DNA of 64,000 nucleotides from Tetramitus jugosus (taxonomy: Eukaryota > Protista > Heterolobosea), in the NCBI GenBank assembly GCA_937625935.1, contig OW569353.1:496001-560000 (forward strand), given 5' to 3'. The translations under genes and the position numbers were made by a program. This document shows, one piece after another, positions 22,343-34,452 of this stretch. A model generated the notes under the pieces. That model was not told where the DNA came from, made no database searches, and saw only the letters and a list, made by a program, of their open reading frames with translations. Within the stretch, counting starts at the first letter, position 1; every line of letters starts with the position of its first letter.

Positions 22343-25300
22343 CTACAATGTCGAACCTTCATTGTCCCTTGTACGCTTCAGGGCTCTTGTCTCAGCGTTA
22401 TCTTGCTCTTCTGCTGTTTTATGGTCTGTTGTTGCTCCAGCTGAATCTTTGGATGCTGATGGATAAAACTTTAGTACTCCCTCTCTCCGTGGTCCATTAT
22501 TTTGTTGTTTGGATTTTGGTTGATCCTCATTTGGTTTAGAAGCAGAATTGATATTACTCATCATGTTCGGTTCTTCTGAGACAATCTTACACAAAATAAG
22601 ATCAGCGTCCACCAAGTACCAAGGCTCATTTGTTATTATGGAGTGATCAGAGAGTGCTTTGTCCTCCCACTGCAAACGGCTAACAAATTGAGTGTATCTA
22701 AGCTGGGAGATTAATTGGTAGGGAATTTTTCTCACATGAATATGTTCGACAGTTAATTCATCTGGAGAGTCCAATGTCAGCACAATGAGTTGTTTCAATT
22801 CTAGCAATGTATTGTTCCTTGATGCAATGATTTCACGAATCGGACCCAGAGTAGACTAACATAACAAAAAGATGAGTTAGTTAACTAGCTAGTTTAGCGA
22901 AAAACAACACTTGTAAAAAATAATACCTTTGATGGTTTCCATTGTGCTACTCTGAGAACCATGTCATCTGCTGATAATTCTTCTGAAAAGTGCAATCTCT
23001 CGATCACTATCTCTCTGTTTGGAACAACAGACAATGTAGATCCAAGTGTGTCAAATGGAAGATCATCATCCAAGAGGATCCTTCCTGGATAGTCACGTCC
23101 ATGTAACTTTTCTCTCAGTCGGATGAACGAAGGAGAATCATTGGTAACATAGGTAGGGTATTCTTGTTTAGCTCGTTCCAACAGTTTCCTTTTGATGTCA
23201 AGAACCGATTCAGACTTGTCAAGCATTGCATCATACCACTTCTGGAAGATGAAAGAATTGGGAGAGTTGTAGTAACTGTGTGGCACACCCGCTTTATCCT
23301 CCCACTTGACATATTTAGATGCTGCTTCTGCACTTGCCGATCTAGTTTGTACGCGTCCTGTGGCGGCTTCTCCTGCACTCAGTGATGGATCAGTACCAGG
23401 AAACTTACCTTGTGCCACCGATTCCGAATAACGTTGATCTTCCATAAGATAGAAGGTCACGTTGTATTGACACGAGGAGATTTGTCTACCCTTTCGTACG
23501 AACAATTTTGCTCCATCTATGAATTGATTCAAGCGTTCATCTAAATCTTTGAGAGTGTAGGAGGTTTCACCAGATCCCAGTTGTATGACAAATTCGTCAA
23601 CATTGAGAGACGATCGATTTGCTATTAAAACTTTCAGGTCTTGAATCGTTTTTCTATTGTCTATTTGAACTTGTTGCTCGCTGGTGTTGGCTGTGGTAGT
23701 ATCAACAATCGAATACACGAGGTTAATCTGATGGTTCTTTGAATCCAACACCTGCAAAACCTTGAGTGAATCTGTTCCTTGTTCTGCTACGTGTTGTACG
23801 TATATTGTATCTCCTTCGGCAATTCCGTGGTCTACACAAATATTTTCTGATTGGTCAGTGATAATAGTTGGATATTTCACATTACCCAAAAAGCTCTGAC
23901 GAACGATAGCAATTTGTTGGACTGGTAGATTAAACTTGGAAGCCACAGCATTTCGCAATGTAGCTGTAGAACAGTTGCTTGGTACTACTAACTCGAGAGC
24001 ATCCTCAAGTGTTTCACCATTCTCAACTAACTTGACAGCGAATAAGGTAAGACTCTTTTCGTTGTTGGAATCGACAGTTGGTTTCTCTCCAATCGTGATT
24101 GAATATTTCTCGCGACTCAAATCTAGATCCTTGATTGCATGCTCATTATTTAAGACTTCTCCTGGAGTCTGTTTGAAAGGATTGAATCGCCTCACACACA
24201 ACTCCTCTATGCTGCTCGAAAGGGAATTATCCCCTATCTTCTTAATAGCTTCATTCAAGACATCAAGAACCTTTGCTGTTTGACTCAACGTTAATTCATA
24301 CTTCTTGGATCGGAAGTATAGGTTAAAATATGCTTTGTCACGCTTTTGCTCATACTCAGTCTGACCACGTCTATAAGTGACATTTAAGTTTTCAACTTCC
24401 TCTCGTATGGATGTTGGAATAAGGGATAGTTCTTCATGCTTACTCATATTCAGTAGTTCACCATATTCAGACGACACTGGATATTGTCTCTCGTACATCA
24501 ACATGTAAGCGTTAGCAACAGACGAGGTGCTTCCATACGCCTTCTCCACGTGTGATTCCGAGATCTTTGATACACTTGAGTCGTTGAACTCATACCAGGA
24601 GTCTTCAATTTTGATATAGGCATAGTAGTGTCCCCCACCTGCACTTCCGCTGTGCATTAAGATTGCATTCAGATTGAAAATATTATGTTTGTTGTCGAGA
24701 TCTGGTACTTTGATATCCTGCGATGATCTCATGTGTTTACTCATGTCTAAAGTCTGAGGAAATACGACTTGATTATTCAATTTGACTCTGCTCATTGTCA
24801 TATAATCAATATCGAATCGCTTCAAGTGAAGTGTTAGAACATCAGGTAATCGAGTTAGCTTCGATCCTTTCAATGCGTCCACTTTCTCTTTGCATTGACC
24901 ACACATGTACTTGTTCTCTCCTTCCAACACTTCTTCGTACTGATAATTCTCGATTGCTTCATGCAAATGTCGTACATCTCTCACTACTAATTGAAGGTCC
25001 AAAAATTGATCTTTACGACCTCCCGCACGATGACACTTTTGACAGATGACATAATCTGAAACTGATCCCTCATAAATTTCGCTGATCGGTATTGTTGTTG
25101 CAGATAATGCGTCAAATAGTACTCTCATTAATTCTTGTACATCATGTTGCACAAAGCTCTCTCTGGTGTCCCAACCAAAACTCTGTGTCAAATCTTTTGT
25201 CTCAACATCCCTACAATCACTCAGCAATAACCTTGCAAACAATTTTTGCAACTGTAGCGGTATACATCTACTTTCTTCACCACAGGTAGCAGGGTCATAT

Positions 25301-26395
25301 CTCCATTTGAATACAGATCGTCTAAAAACAGGTGTAAAGAACAAGGATTGCAACAAGGAGTTCAAATAACATGTGGCTCCTTGATTCTTCAGTCCAACGT
25401 ATCCACAATCTGCTCTGTAGGGATACTTTAACGTAGGTGTCAAGCGTCCCGATCCAAAAAATGAAGAAGTGGAAGAACTAGATCGATTGGTTGAAGTTGT
25501 TGAAGCTGCAGCTGATTGGCCCTTCTTTGACTGCTTCAATTTTTCTTCTTCTGCGATTTGAACAAACATGGGACCCATCAGCTCGCTCAACTCCGGATCA
25601 AAGTCACTCTCCAACGAATAGTTCATTTGAACCAACATTTTTACAATGTTTTTCGCAAATGGCAACGAGGAAGATGTCTTATCTTGAGTCACCTTGTTCT
25701 CATCATTGGGTTGTTTTAGATCTACGAGCAGTGAATGAAGCACAAGTGTCTTGATTTCTTGTCTCTCAAATATTAGTTCTTTGAACAACATGATTGGTTG
25801 CTCTTCCAACAAAATTGGCGTCTTCCTCATGTCCAATCCAGCTGAGACAAACTCTTTGAAGGGAACAGTGAACCACAGCACCATTTTCTTCACCATGTTC
25901 CAATCAGACAAGAACTGAGACAACAATAATCGTTCTGCTTCTTCTTGTTGTTGTAATTGTTGTTGTTGTTGTGGAGTCGTGTACTTGACCAGGACAAATC
26001 TCTGAAAAAAGTCTTCAAACAACTCAAATATACAACCGTACAATCTCATGTACTTTTCTTGTTGAATCATATTCTTACCAGTGAAAATCGAACTGATGAT
26101 CATCAAAACAACAAAACAACATTACCCCAACAATCATTCCAATTCAATCATGCACGTGCCTATGGTAAGCTTTCAACATAACTCACATCACACACATCAC
26201 ACAAAAACACACTTAAAACTTGACACATCAAACAATGAAACAACAAACGAACCTGTGTGCACCCATGACTGAAACAATAGGTTTCTTGGCCTTTTCACCA
26301 TCCTTCTCCAACACTGCCAATATGTCTTTAGAGTGCTTCAGAAGCTCCTTCTCCATGTTCTGTTCCAATTTTTGTCTGTACTTGTCAGCATTCAT
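22343..26395 (-). CDS. USP47/USP40-like ubiquitin-specific protease with N-terminal cullin-repeat-like domain and C-terminal Ubl domains (introns 22856-22926, 26093-26252)
   Basis: Cys box GYVGLKNQGATCYLNSLLQ, QHDVQE, LHLKRF, His box HSGSAGGGHYYAYI, WYEFNDS, NAYMLMY; spliced exons keep frame. Confidence 0.9.
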
Positions 26396-26580
26396 TTGTC
26401 CTTCTCTCTTTTTGTTTTTTGTATTGTTTTATTTTGGCTTGATGTTTTTGTTCTTGGGTCGAGTTCCTGACAAGTTTTTTCGTGCCTGTGATTGGTGGAA
26501 CTTTTTTTACTCCGGTGAAATTCAGGGGTAGTTCCTTTCTTGCCCACATTGATTGTGCGTGGATGAGAAGGCTTGCGCAC

Positions 26581-26821
26581 TTCTGATCGATAATTCTATT
26601 AATTTGTTGGAGGTGTAGGGCTGGGCCCGCTACTACACGTCCAGTATCGACGCATGCGTTGTCATGCGTATAACGCGCATGCGCCGGCCTTTTGGTGTTT
26701 AGCAAAGTGTGCAATACCATCGATATTGCAGGTGTCAATTCTTTGCTATTGTAATACAGATGCGAAGGTTTATTTCACTTTCAATTGTCCATGAGAGCTG
26801 TTGGAATTTCAGGGTTGAGTC
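26581..26821. repeat. Diverged direct copy of 34310-34502 (eEF2 3' end plus downstream sequence)
   Basis: CATGAGAGCTGTTGGAATTTCAGGGTTGAGT exact in both; TTCTGATCGA, GGGCCC, GTCCAG, TTGTCATG, GGTTTATTT colinear. Confidence 0.8.
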
Positions 26822-27438
26822 AACCAATTGAACATGTTACTGTACATATTCTGAAGGTGACAGATTGATCAAATAGAATACACTGCGAGCTATTGCTCTC
26901 CTCGTAATGTTCCTGTAACACCACTCCTTCTCTTACCTGAGCGCTCCATTTAAAAGAGTTGTGGATAATAATATCATCAAGAAGACACAGCAGATTCCAA
27001 ACGCAGTAACTAAAGGAAAAGACGACCACACTCCAGAGCTCAGGAACAGAAGATGGATGAAACAATCCAGCCAAAATGGCGAAAGACGTGAAGAAATCTT
27101 GTTCTTTTCAAAGAATGGCTCATCATTTCTATCATTGGTGAATGATATCAAGAAGCAGACCATCAAAGTATAATACTACAATCTACCATATTAGTTACAT
27201 CTTCTCGTATTCATCCAGTTCGTTGTTTCTGAGCATATCTCAGTATGATTTAACTTTATTACAAGTATAAAGTTGTACAAGTATAGCATACTCAGGGATT
27301 CTCACACCCTTACCATTGAATGTATGCCCTCCACATCGTCTTCTTTTTTGCTCAAATGGTTGTAATATTAATTCCGACTTGGAACGAAATAACATGAAAA
27401 GCGGGGTTGTCCAATCCCCATATTTCCCATTGAAAAGA

Positions 27439-29034
27439 ATGCGCATCTTCATCTGTCTCCTTCTACTCACACTAATCACACAAAGTTTATCCCTCTCTTC
27501 AAATCTGCTTCACTGCAGTGAAGCAAATGCACAATCGAGTGTCACCAGAGTGGATGATTGGTCCTCAGCATATTTCAGTAGTATTCAACAAATATCACCC
27601 ACTGTTGTAAACAACACACTCTATTACATCGCGTCCGAATATGATGAGAACAGAAATGCTGTGCATAAACTCTCCTCTTTTAACACTGCGTCACAACAGA
27701 GACTGATAATCCATCAAGTGAGTGGAAAGGAACACACAATGAACTCCATTTCAAATATTGTTACCTCTGGTAATAGTACTCAATTCCACCTCGTACAAAT
27801 TCAACGTATCCCAGAGACATTTGATTTTAAAGCAAAATTGCAAATTCTTTCCATTGAAAACAATCAAATTATTGGGCAGTACATCTATGAAGATAATTCA
27901 ACAGAGCCAGTGTATTTCTCAAATGGGACTATTGCTAGATATCAATCGACCAATAATAGTCTGATATTTGCAAGTATATACACCCCAATACCTATTGCCA
28001 GCAATGTACTGGACAAATACACTGTTCTACTGGTCTCATGTATGCAAGGTGGTCTCAAGTTTGTCAGAATTCATGAAAACCAGGTCTCTAGTGTGCTATT
28101 GATTCCTTCCACTTTGGCTTCCTACAAATATTTGTATGACTCCGGACTTATGAAGGTGGATTCTACCACTGGACATGCCTATATTCTTATACCGTTGTTC
28201 TTTGGTTATAAGTACTCATTTTCAAATTTCCACGGTGTTAATGCTAGTTTGTTCGAGTTCACTGGAGATGAGTATTCATCCATTGATGTTCTGATCAAGG
28301 TGGATGTCACGGGAAAAGTTTTGGGTATTCAACAGATTGGTCTTCCACTCCACGTGAACCCGACTCTCAAATTTGTATCCGTGTCCAATATGGAAGTTGA
28401 GTGGTCAGTCAATGGGCATGTGGGAATCAACAACGTGCATGTAATTGGTAGAGTATTGCAGGCAGATGGAACATACACAGCCATGTACTATAGACTTTCA
28501 GATGTTGATAAATCAGCGTATATGAATCGTAGAGATCCGGATGTCTATCAAATCTATACCAGTATTGCAGAATCTGGAAAGTCAAGCAGTGCAGCGAGTA
28601 TATTGGTGAAAGATAATGCAATCTATATTGCCGGAGACGCAAATTACGTTCAAGTATCAACAGGATCTGTCACTGAATCTCCTTCTTCAATAGTCTTCCG
28701 AGTAGATTCACAGAATGCTACAGTAGACTCAGCACAAGTGTGGGCAGTAGTACAGGGAAGAAGTGATGATGCATATAACTTAGTTAGCAGCTTGGACAAG
28801 ATCTACTTTGCATCACGTTATGATGCAGGAATTACTCATTCAACTGATCATCACGGCAAATCTGCAATTTATGAACTACACTGCTCTTCACAACGCACCA
28901 AACCTTCGGGTAATCTTGCCATAATTATTACAGCAAGTGTCGTTGGCTTCATACTTATTGTAAGTGTTGTATTAGCTCTGATTCTATTCGTACGTTCAAA
29001 AGTAGGAAGATCTGAATTTGTGGAACTGAAATAA
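27439..29034 (+). CDS. Type I membrane protein (signal peptide, beta-rich ectodomain, C-terminal TM)
   Basis: MRIFICLLLLTLITQSLS signal; LAIIITASVVGFILIVSVVLALILFV TM; short cytoplasmic tail. Confidence 0.75.
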   Translation: MRIFICLLLLTLITQSLSLSSNLLHCSEANAQSSVTRVDDWSSAYFSSIQQISPTVVNNTLYYIASEYDENRNAVHKLSSFNTASQQRLIIHQVSGKEHTMNSISNIVTSGNSTQFHLVQIQRIPETFDFKAKLQILSIENNQIIGQYIYEDNSTEPVYFSNGTIARYQSTNNSLIFASIYTPIPIASNVLDKYTVLLVSCMQGGLKFVRIHENQVSSVLLIPSTLASYKYLYDSGLMKVDSTTGHAYILIPLFFGYKYSFSNFHGVNASLFEFTGDEYSSIDVLIKVDVTGKVLGIQQIGLPLHVNPTLKFVSVSNMEVEWSVNGHVGINNVHVIGRVLQADGTYTAMYYRLSDVDKSAYMNRRDPDVYQIYTSIAESGKSSSAASILVKDNAIYIAGDANYVQVSTGSVTESPSSIVFRVDSQNATVDSAQVWAVVQGRSDDAYNLVSSLDKIYFASRYDAGITHSTDHHGKSAIYELHCSSQRTKPSGNLAIIITASVVGFILIVSVVLALILFVRSKVGRSEFVELK

Positions 29035-29099
29035 ATACTGATGTGACGTTCACTTGCGAGTTCCTCTCTTCTTTTGTTTCTTCTTAGTGGACATCAGAC

Positions 29100-29825
29100 A
29101 GATATTTCCCTTTTCATCTCCAGTGAGAATCAAGTCTGTATCAAAACTCACGGATAAGCCCAATGCTAAACTAAATGGGATAATAAATGCGCTGTCTGAA
29201 TGTTTATCTTTTGTAGCAGATGAAGTGGATCGATTTCATAAGCCTTGTCTGGATGACAGTGATTAATCTCATAGCAAAATAAATCAGAGCAACACGAAGC
29301 CATGCACTTTGTTTCATCAATATGCAACCGATTCATAAGCCGTGTTTATCATACCTGAAGCAACATACATATTACATACATCTACGCAGTACACTGGAGA
29401 TTATTTTCCTGTTGAATCACGTGTGCATATTTTTGAACAACCTGACATGTCACGCAGATCATACAGATTAACAGAGCCATCCCTACTGCATGAAACAGCG
29501 CTTGTCTGGAAATAAGGATCTATCCTAACACTATATGCCACATTTGAAAGATGATTCGTTGATTGTATCAATGATCCCTATGAATTATAGTGAGTACTAT
29601 TTACGATTTTGGTGCAAACATACATGTACAATAGCCGTCATGTCCACATGAAAGTGCACGTGTTTGATCTGAAGTGCATCTCACCGAGTAAACACTTCCC
29701 TTGTGTCCGCTCTTCAATGTTACCAGACAACCTGCAGTTTGTAGATTCCATATTTTCAATGTGCCATCAGAGCTGGCAGAGATTACTCTATTATTGAGGA
29801 ATACAGTGCTGTGTGATGCGCTCAT
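29100..29825 (-). pseudogene. WD40-repeat pseudogene, 5'-truncated
   Basis: ISASSDGTLKIWNL, GHKGSVYSV, AVSCSRDGSVNLYDLR; in-frame stop near 29402; no start. Confidence 0.7.
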
Positions 29826-30485
29826 TCAAGGGCAATGGATTGGTAGTGTTGTATGTATCTTTTGTAGGCGGTGTAAATGAGCCTGGCCAGGTGCTTGGAG
29901 TTGTTGTCTAGCGTGTGGGTGATGAGCGCATTGGTGCCTTTTGTTGATAGGGCCTCCTTGACACTTACATGTAGAGTGTCTCTAAGTTTTGAGATAGTAC
30001 TGTGGTAATAGATTCCTCTCCAGTCAATTATTACTGAGTCGTTTGGTGGTTGTTCTTCAGTCCGACATTAGATCGACATCGGAGTGCCTCGTTCTTCTTC
30101 TTCTTCTTCTTGATGTATTCGATCCTAATCCTCAAATTCTTCTTGTCTCTTTTCAACTTCTTGATTTTCACAACAAAATCAATTTCACACTTCTGAAGAT
30201 TATTAAGAAATAGCAACGGTGTTGAAGACAAGGAAACAGATCCGAAATGAACGAATCCGACAAAAGAGTATGGAGAGTTATCTGAACATTATGTTTCGAA
30301 GGTCCTTGATGAAATTCTGCCAATACTAGTAGAGTACTTCATACACTTCATTCCGAAAAGAATCCCGCGTCGTTCTCACTTACAATTCGACTTTCATAAG
30401 TTGGCACGTCGAATACACAAAACAACAAAATTGGTCCAAAGAAAAAAAATTAGAAGAAGAAATTGTTTTACCTTGGCTTAATAAT

Positions 30486-31638
30486 TTATTGGTGACGAGC
30501 AATTTTGGCAGGAGGTTCCATTTCGTCGTCTCCGTTATCTTCGATGACCTCACTTGAACCTTTCTTCTCAAGGCGGTCCTTGTGAAAGTCTGCCAATGTT
30601 TTACCCAAAGCTTTCGTGATGGAAGCGTCATTTGCACCAATAAAGAAGTTGAATGACTTTCGGACACAAGCGCAAATGCTGTTTACCATCTGACGATCCA
30701 ACCGAATCCTGTATGTGCCTGTATATCCAGGTCGACTGTAAGACCGTTTTCCAAGTCCAACTGGCAATCAGAGGCAACAATTTCCAAGAAGGCCTTGAGA
30801 ACCACATTCGGTTGAGAAAGACTCAACTTGTGGTGTTGCTCGGGAGTTGTCTTGTAGTACTTGTTGTTGAACTTGAACCCAGTTTCAAAGTTCAGTGACT
30901 GACCCTTTTTTCCCTGAGTCAATTCTGCCATCTTCTCTATCACCGGCTTTTGAGTCTTCATGAACCAAGCTTCAAAGACTTTCAAGTTCTCCACTCTCTC
31001 TAGGGCTTCACCCAGTCTTCTTTGTGCCTCCTTACCTCTTTCGAATTCTTCCACTGGTACCGTAACAAGGCCACTATCTTGCGTTGGAGGCACCTGATCT
31101 GACTGACGCAATTGGGGTTCTTGAGCTTGAGCAAGAACCAATGGTGTAGGAGTGATCGTTTGGGTGCTCCTCTGACATCGAAGAATTCATCTACATGCTT
31201 AAAACGCTCCCTATCCTCATTAGGACTTGTCTTGGTGAATTCCTCTTGGTCGATAATGAGACTTTTATCCCAACCAACGACAGAACCAACACATACTGGC
31301 TCTGTCTCCTCTGGAAGATAAAAGCCTGAGGCGAACTGAGCATTAATGAAAACGATGGAGACAGTCACTTTGTCCTCCTGATTGCTGGGGATGTCACCAC
31401 AGATATTTGCACTTCCAAAATGAGCTTCATCTACACACAGCAGCTCGACTGTACTACCGTCTTTCAAGAGTGATGGCTTGAATGTTGTCTGTTTAGCAGT
31501 CCTTGATGTTAGAGGTGCCTGACGAAGCTCCGACTTCAACCGCTCGTGGATACAATAAATCACAGAATTCTCAAAGTTGTTCACTGCAAAAATCGATAAG
31601 CACATCCAGTAGTATGAAGTATCGAACGACAAGAACAA
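30486..31638 (-). pseudogene. Fragmented second ORF of the transposon
   Basis: Three overlapping ORFs (31000-31638, 30683-31141, 30486-30767) joined by frameshifts. Confidence 0.5.
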
Positions 31639-32009
31639 GAACTAGGAGACAAGTTTTGTTAAACATGTTGGACAATCCAACATATAGCTATGTTGATCAC
31701 CAGTACTCACCGGTCCAAACAACACCCAACATTCCACTGGATCCAAGTCCATCGCTCACCACTGTTGTACCCTCTGTACAATGCCCAACAACAGATTTTG
31801 GTGGTAGTGAACCAATGATTAGTGATGAAGAGTTCACTGAAGCCAAACACTCAGCCGTTGTAGATGTAGAAGACTTGGCTCAAGCTCGACCCGTGTTCGA
31901 GAAGCAAGAATCAATGCCAGTAATCGAAGATGACACCCATGGAATCTCCACGATTCACAGTGATGACCCACTATGGGATCAAAAGGTGTGTCAATAGCTT
32001 CCCATTTCT

Positions 32010-34081
32010 TTGTATACCGCTTATACTTTGATTTTGTATCTCATGGTTCAGCTCAATCTGAGCAAGTCAGGTTTGGAAAAGTTGTTGACCTTCCTCCAGG
32101 CATTCCTTCCCAAGAACAATGCTCTAGTGACATCCAAGCACAAGTTTTTCAAGTGCCTTGCTCACCACTCAAGAATGAACAAAATTTGCTTTTGTCGTGA
32201 GCACAATTTTATGACGGGTAACAGCGTCTGCAAGCACAGCAGGAATTGTTCCATGGAGTATTTCCTGTGGAACAATCCGGCAGTTTGTTGACAGGATGAA
32301 AGTGGACAAAAGGTTTTACTCTCTCGCCCAGCACTATCGCCTGAGACATTGCAAATCAACTGACATTATTCGTGATGTTTATGACGGTGAAGTATACAGG
32401 AGAATTGCGGCTCCTGTGACAACAACCAGAGGGGGTTACTCCTTTCTGGTGAATTATGACGGTGCCACAAAGTGGAAGAGCAGTCTCGTTACTGTCATTC
32501 CCATTTTCATGGTGTGCAACGAACTGCCTTCCAAGAGAATGAAGATTGAAAATGTCATCTTCTGTGGCGTGTGGTTTGGCAAGAACAAACCAATGTCGAA
32601 CATTTTGTTCTCAGTGCTAGCCACTGAATTGAAGGAATCCGATCAAGGTATTAGGAGGCAAGATGCACATGGAAGAGAAGAGTTGTTCCTGCTCCGATGT
32701 ATCAACTATTGTTGCGATCTACCTGCTAAAGCAGGTTCATGCAACAACAACACGGTGGAAGGGGTGCCTGTGGATTTTGCAACCACTCTGGTTGCACTAT
32801 TGAAAAGAGGTTTTGTTATCCTCTGTTGAGACGATTCCAAGATATAGTGTTTGATCACTCCCTGCGAACTGAGAGTCGAGTGAAAGAAGTGTACAACAAG
32901 TACCGAACATTACTTAGAGAAGGAGTGGCTTGGTCTGATCTACCAGTTATCAATGGACACACTGGCATTTCGATCTTCTCAGAAATGCTTCCTTACTGGG
33001 AATGGACAAGTTTTGGAAGTATTGATATCATGCATTTGATGGAGGGAGTGTGCTCCTTGTTGATGAAGCTTTGGACAGAATCCAAGGTACGTGATGTTTC
33101 ATTGTTTACACTCATTCTCCACGGCACTCCCTTTGTTTACATTCATTCATGGAACTCATGCAGTACAACGACAGATTGGGAGCAAGAGTGAGCAAGCAAA
33201 TGTGGGAGTCATTCGATCAACTGCTCTTGCAGCAACAGCTTCCATCTGTGTTTCGATGAAATATTAGGTCAATCATTAAGCATCATCGATACTTTAAAGC
33301 ACCAGAGTGTCTTGTGTTCATGCTTTATACATCAAGACTAACAAAACACTTGTTTCCAGCGAACACTCCCTATTTTGACCACCACATGATTCTGGTCAAT
33401 TCCCTGTATGAGCTGCTTCAACCTGAACTGACAATGCACCAATTGGATAAAGTACAATTGGAGCTGACACATTATGTGACTCAGTTCCAGGATCGGTATG
33501 TTACATTAAACATTCATCTTCTCAACCATTTGATCGATTGTGTAAAGAGGCATGGACCTCTGTGGTGTTACACAGCTTTCCCTTTTGAGAGCTTTAACCG
33601 AGTGATTCTTCGATCAATCCACTGAACGCATCGATTGGATCAAGGTATTTGCGAGGCCATTCCCTTGTTGCAGCATCTCGAAGATCGCTTGAATTGCATG
33701 ACGCACAAAGGTACGATGAAAGTGTTACATGCAATGAGTGTAAGTAGTATCAATGTTGTTGTCACTTTGTTCAAAGATCTAACCAATTCTTACTTACCCT
33801 TGTAGAAGAGACGATTTGGGTCTCGCTCTGACGGTGTTCGGCAGGACGGGGTGCATGTGTTTGGAAGAGTGAAGAAAAAGGAGGAGGGCCACTACAAGTA
33901 CATGAGAAAAGACTGGTATTCGATTGATGCGTTGAATGACGTAAAACAAAGGTCGTACAACAACTCCACAGTAAGACTAAAAGATGGAAGGTATGCTAAC
34001 TTGTCCCTCTTTTATTTGTTGGTACCCAACAAACTGTCATTGTTAAAGAGTTGTTCAAGTGCTGGGTACCGTTCATGTTAA
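32010..34081 (+). pseudogene. EnSpm/CACTA-like transposase pseudogene
   Basis: DVYDGEVY, NYDG..KSS...PIFMVCNELP..R...ENVIFCGVWFG..KP, CDLPAKA, CGFC, IDIMHL, NIHLLNHL..CVKRHGPLWCYTAFPFESFN; several frameshifts and TGA stops. Confidence 0.85.
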
Positions 34082-34452
34082 GGAAAGTGGAAGGGAAGAA
34101 CATTGCTTCATTGTTAGAAAAGTTCATACCTCGAAGATCAACTTTTCAATTTTCGACAGTAGGTACGACAAAGAAAACGAAAAAACTTATGTGTCCACTT
34201 TGTAATGTTGAGGTGTCGACTTTTGTAAGTCATGTGGAGCTCTAACCAGGAAAAACAGAAAAATGACCGTAAAAGTTGTCTCCAAAATGATACAGCGGTC
34301 AAAGTGTACTTCTGATCGACAATTCCCCTTGTTTGTAGGATGTGGGGCAGGGCCCTATACCACATGTCCAGATTGCCGCATGTTGTCATGTTATTGGGCA
34401 TGACCAATTTCAATTCTATGTTTTTGTACCAAATACGACGGTTTATTTAATC

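Larger units (their letters stand above)
30377..34231. mobile_element. Decayed CMC (EnSpm/CACTA-Mirage-like) DNA transposon
   Basis: Broken transposase on +, divergent fragmented ORF on -, imperfect inverted ends CACTTACAA.TTCGAC / GTCGACTTTTGTAAGTC; boundaries tentative. Confidence 0.7.

Noticed and set aside
33255-33625. In-frame TGA codons in the transposase as possible recoding
   Set aside because: Accompanied by frameshifts, and intact genes here (e.g. TAD2) use TGA as stop, so decay is the simpler explanation
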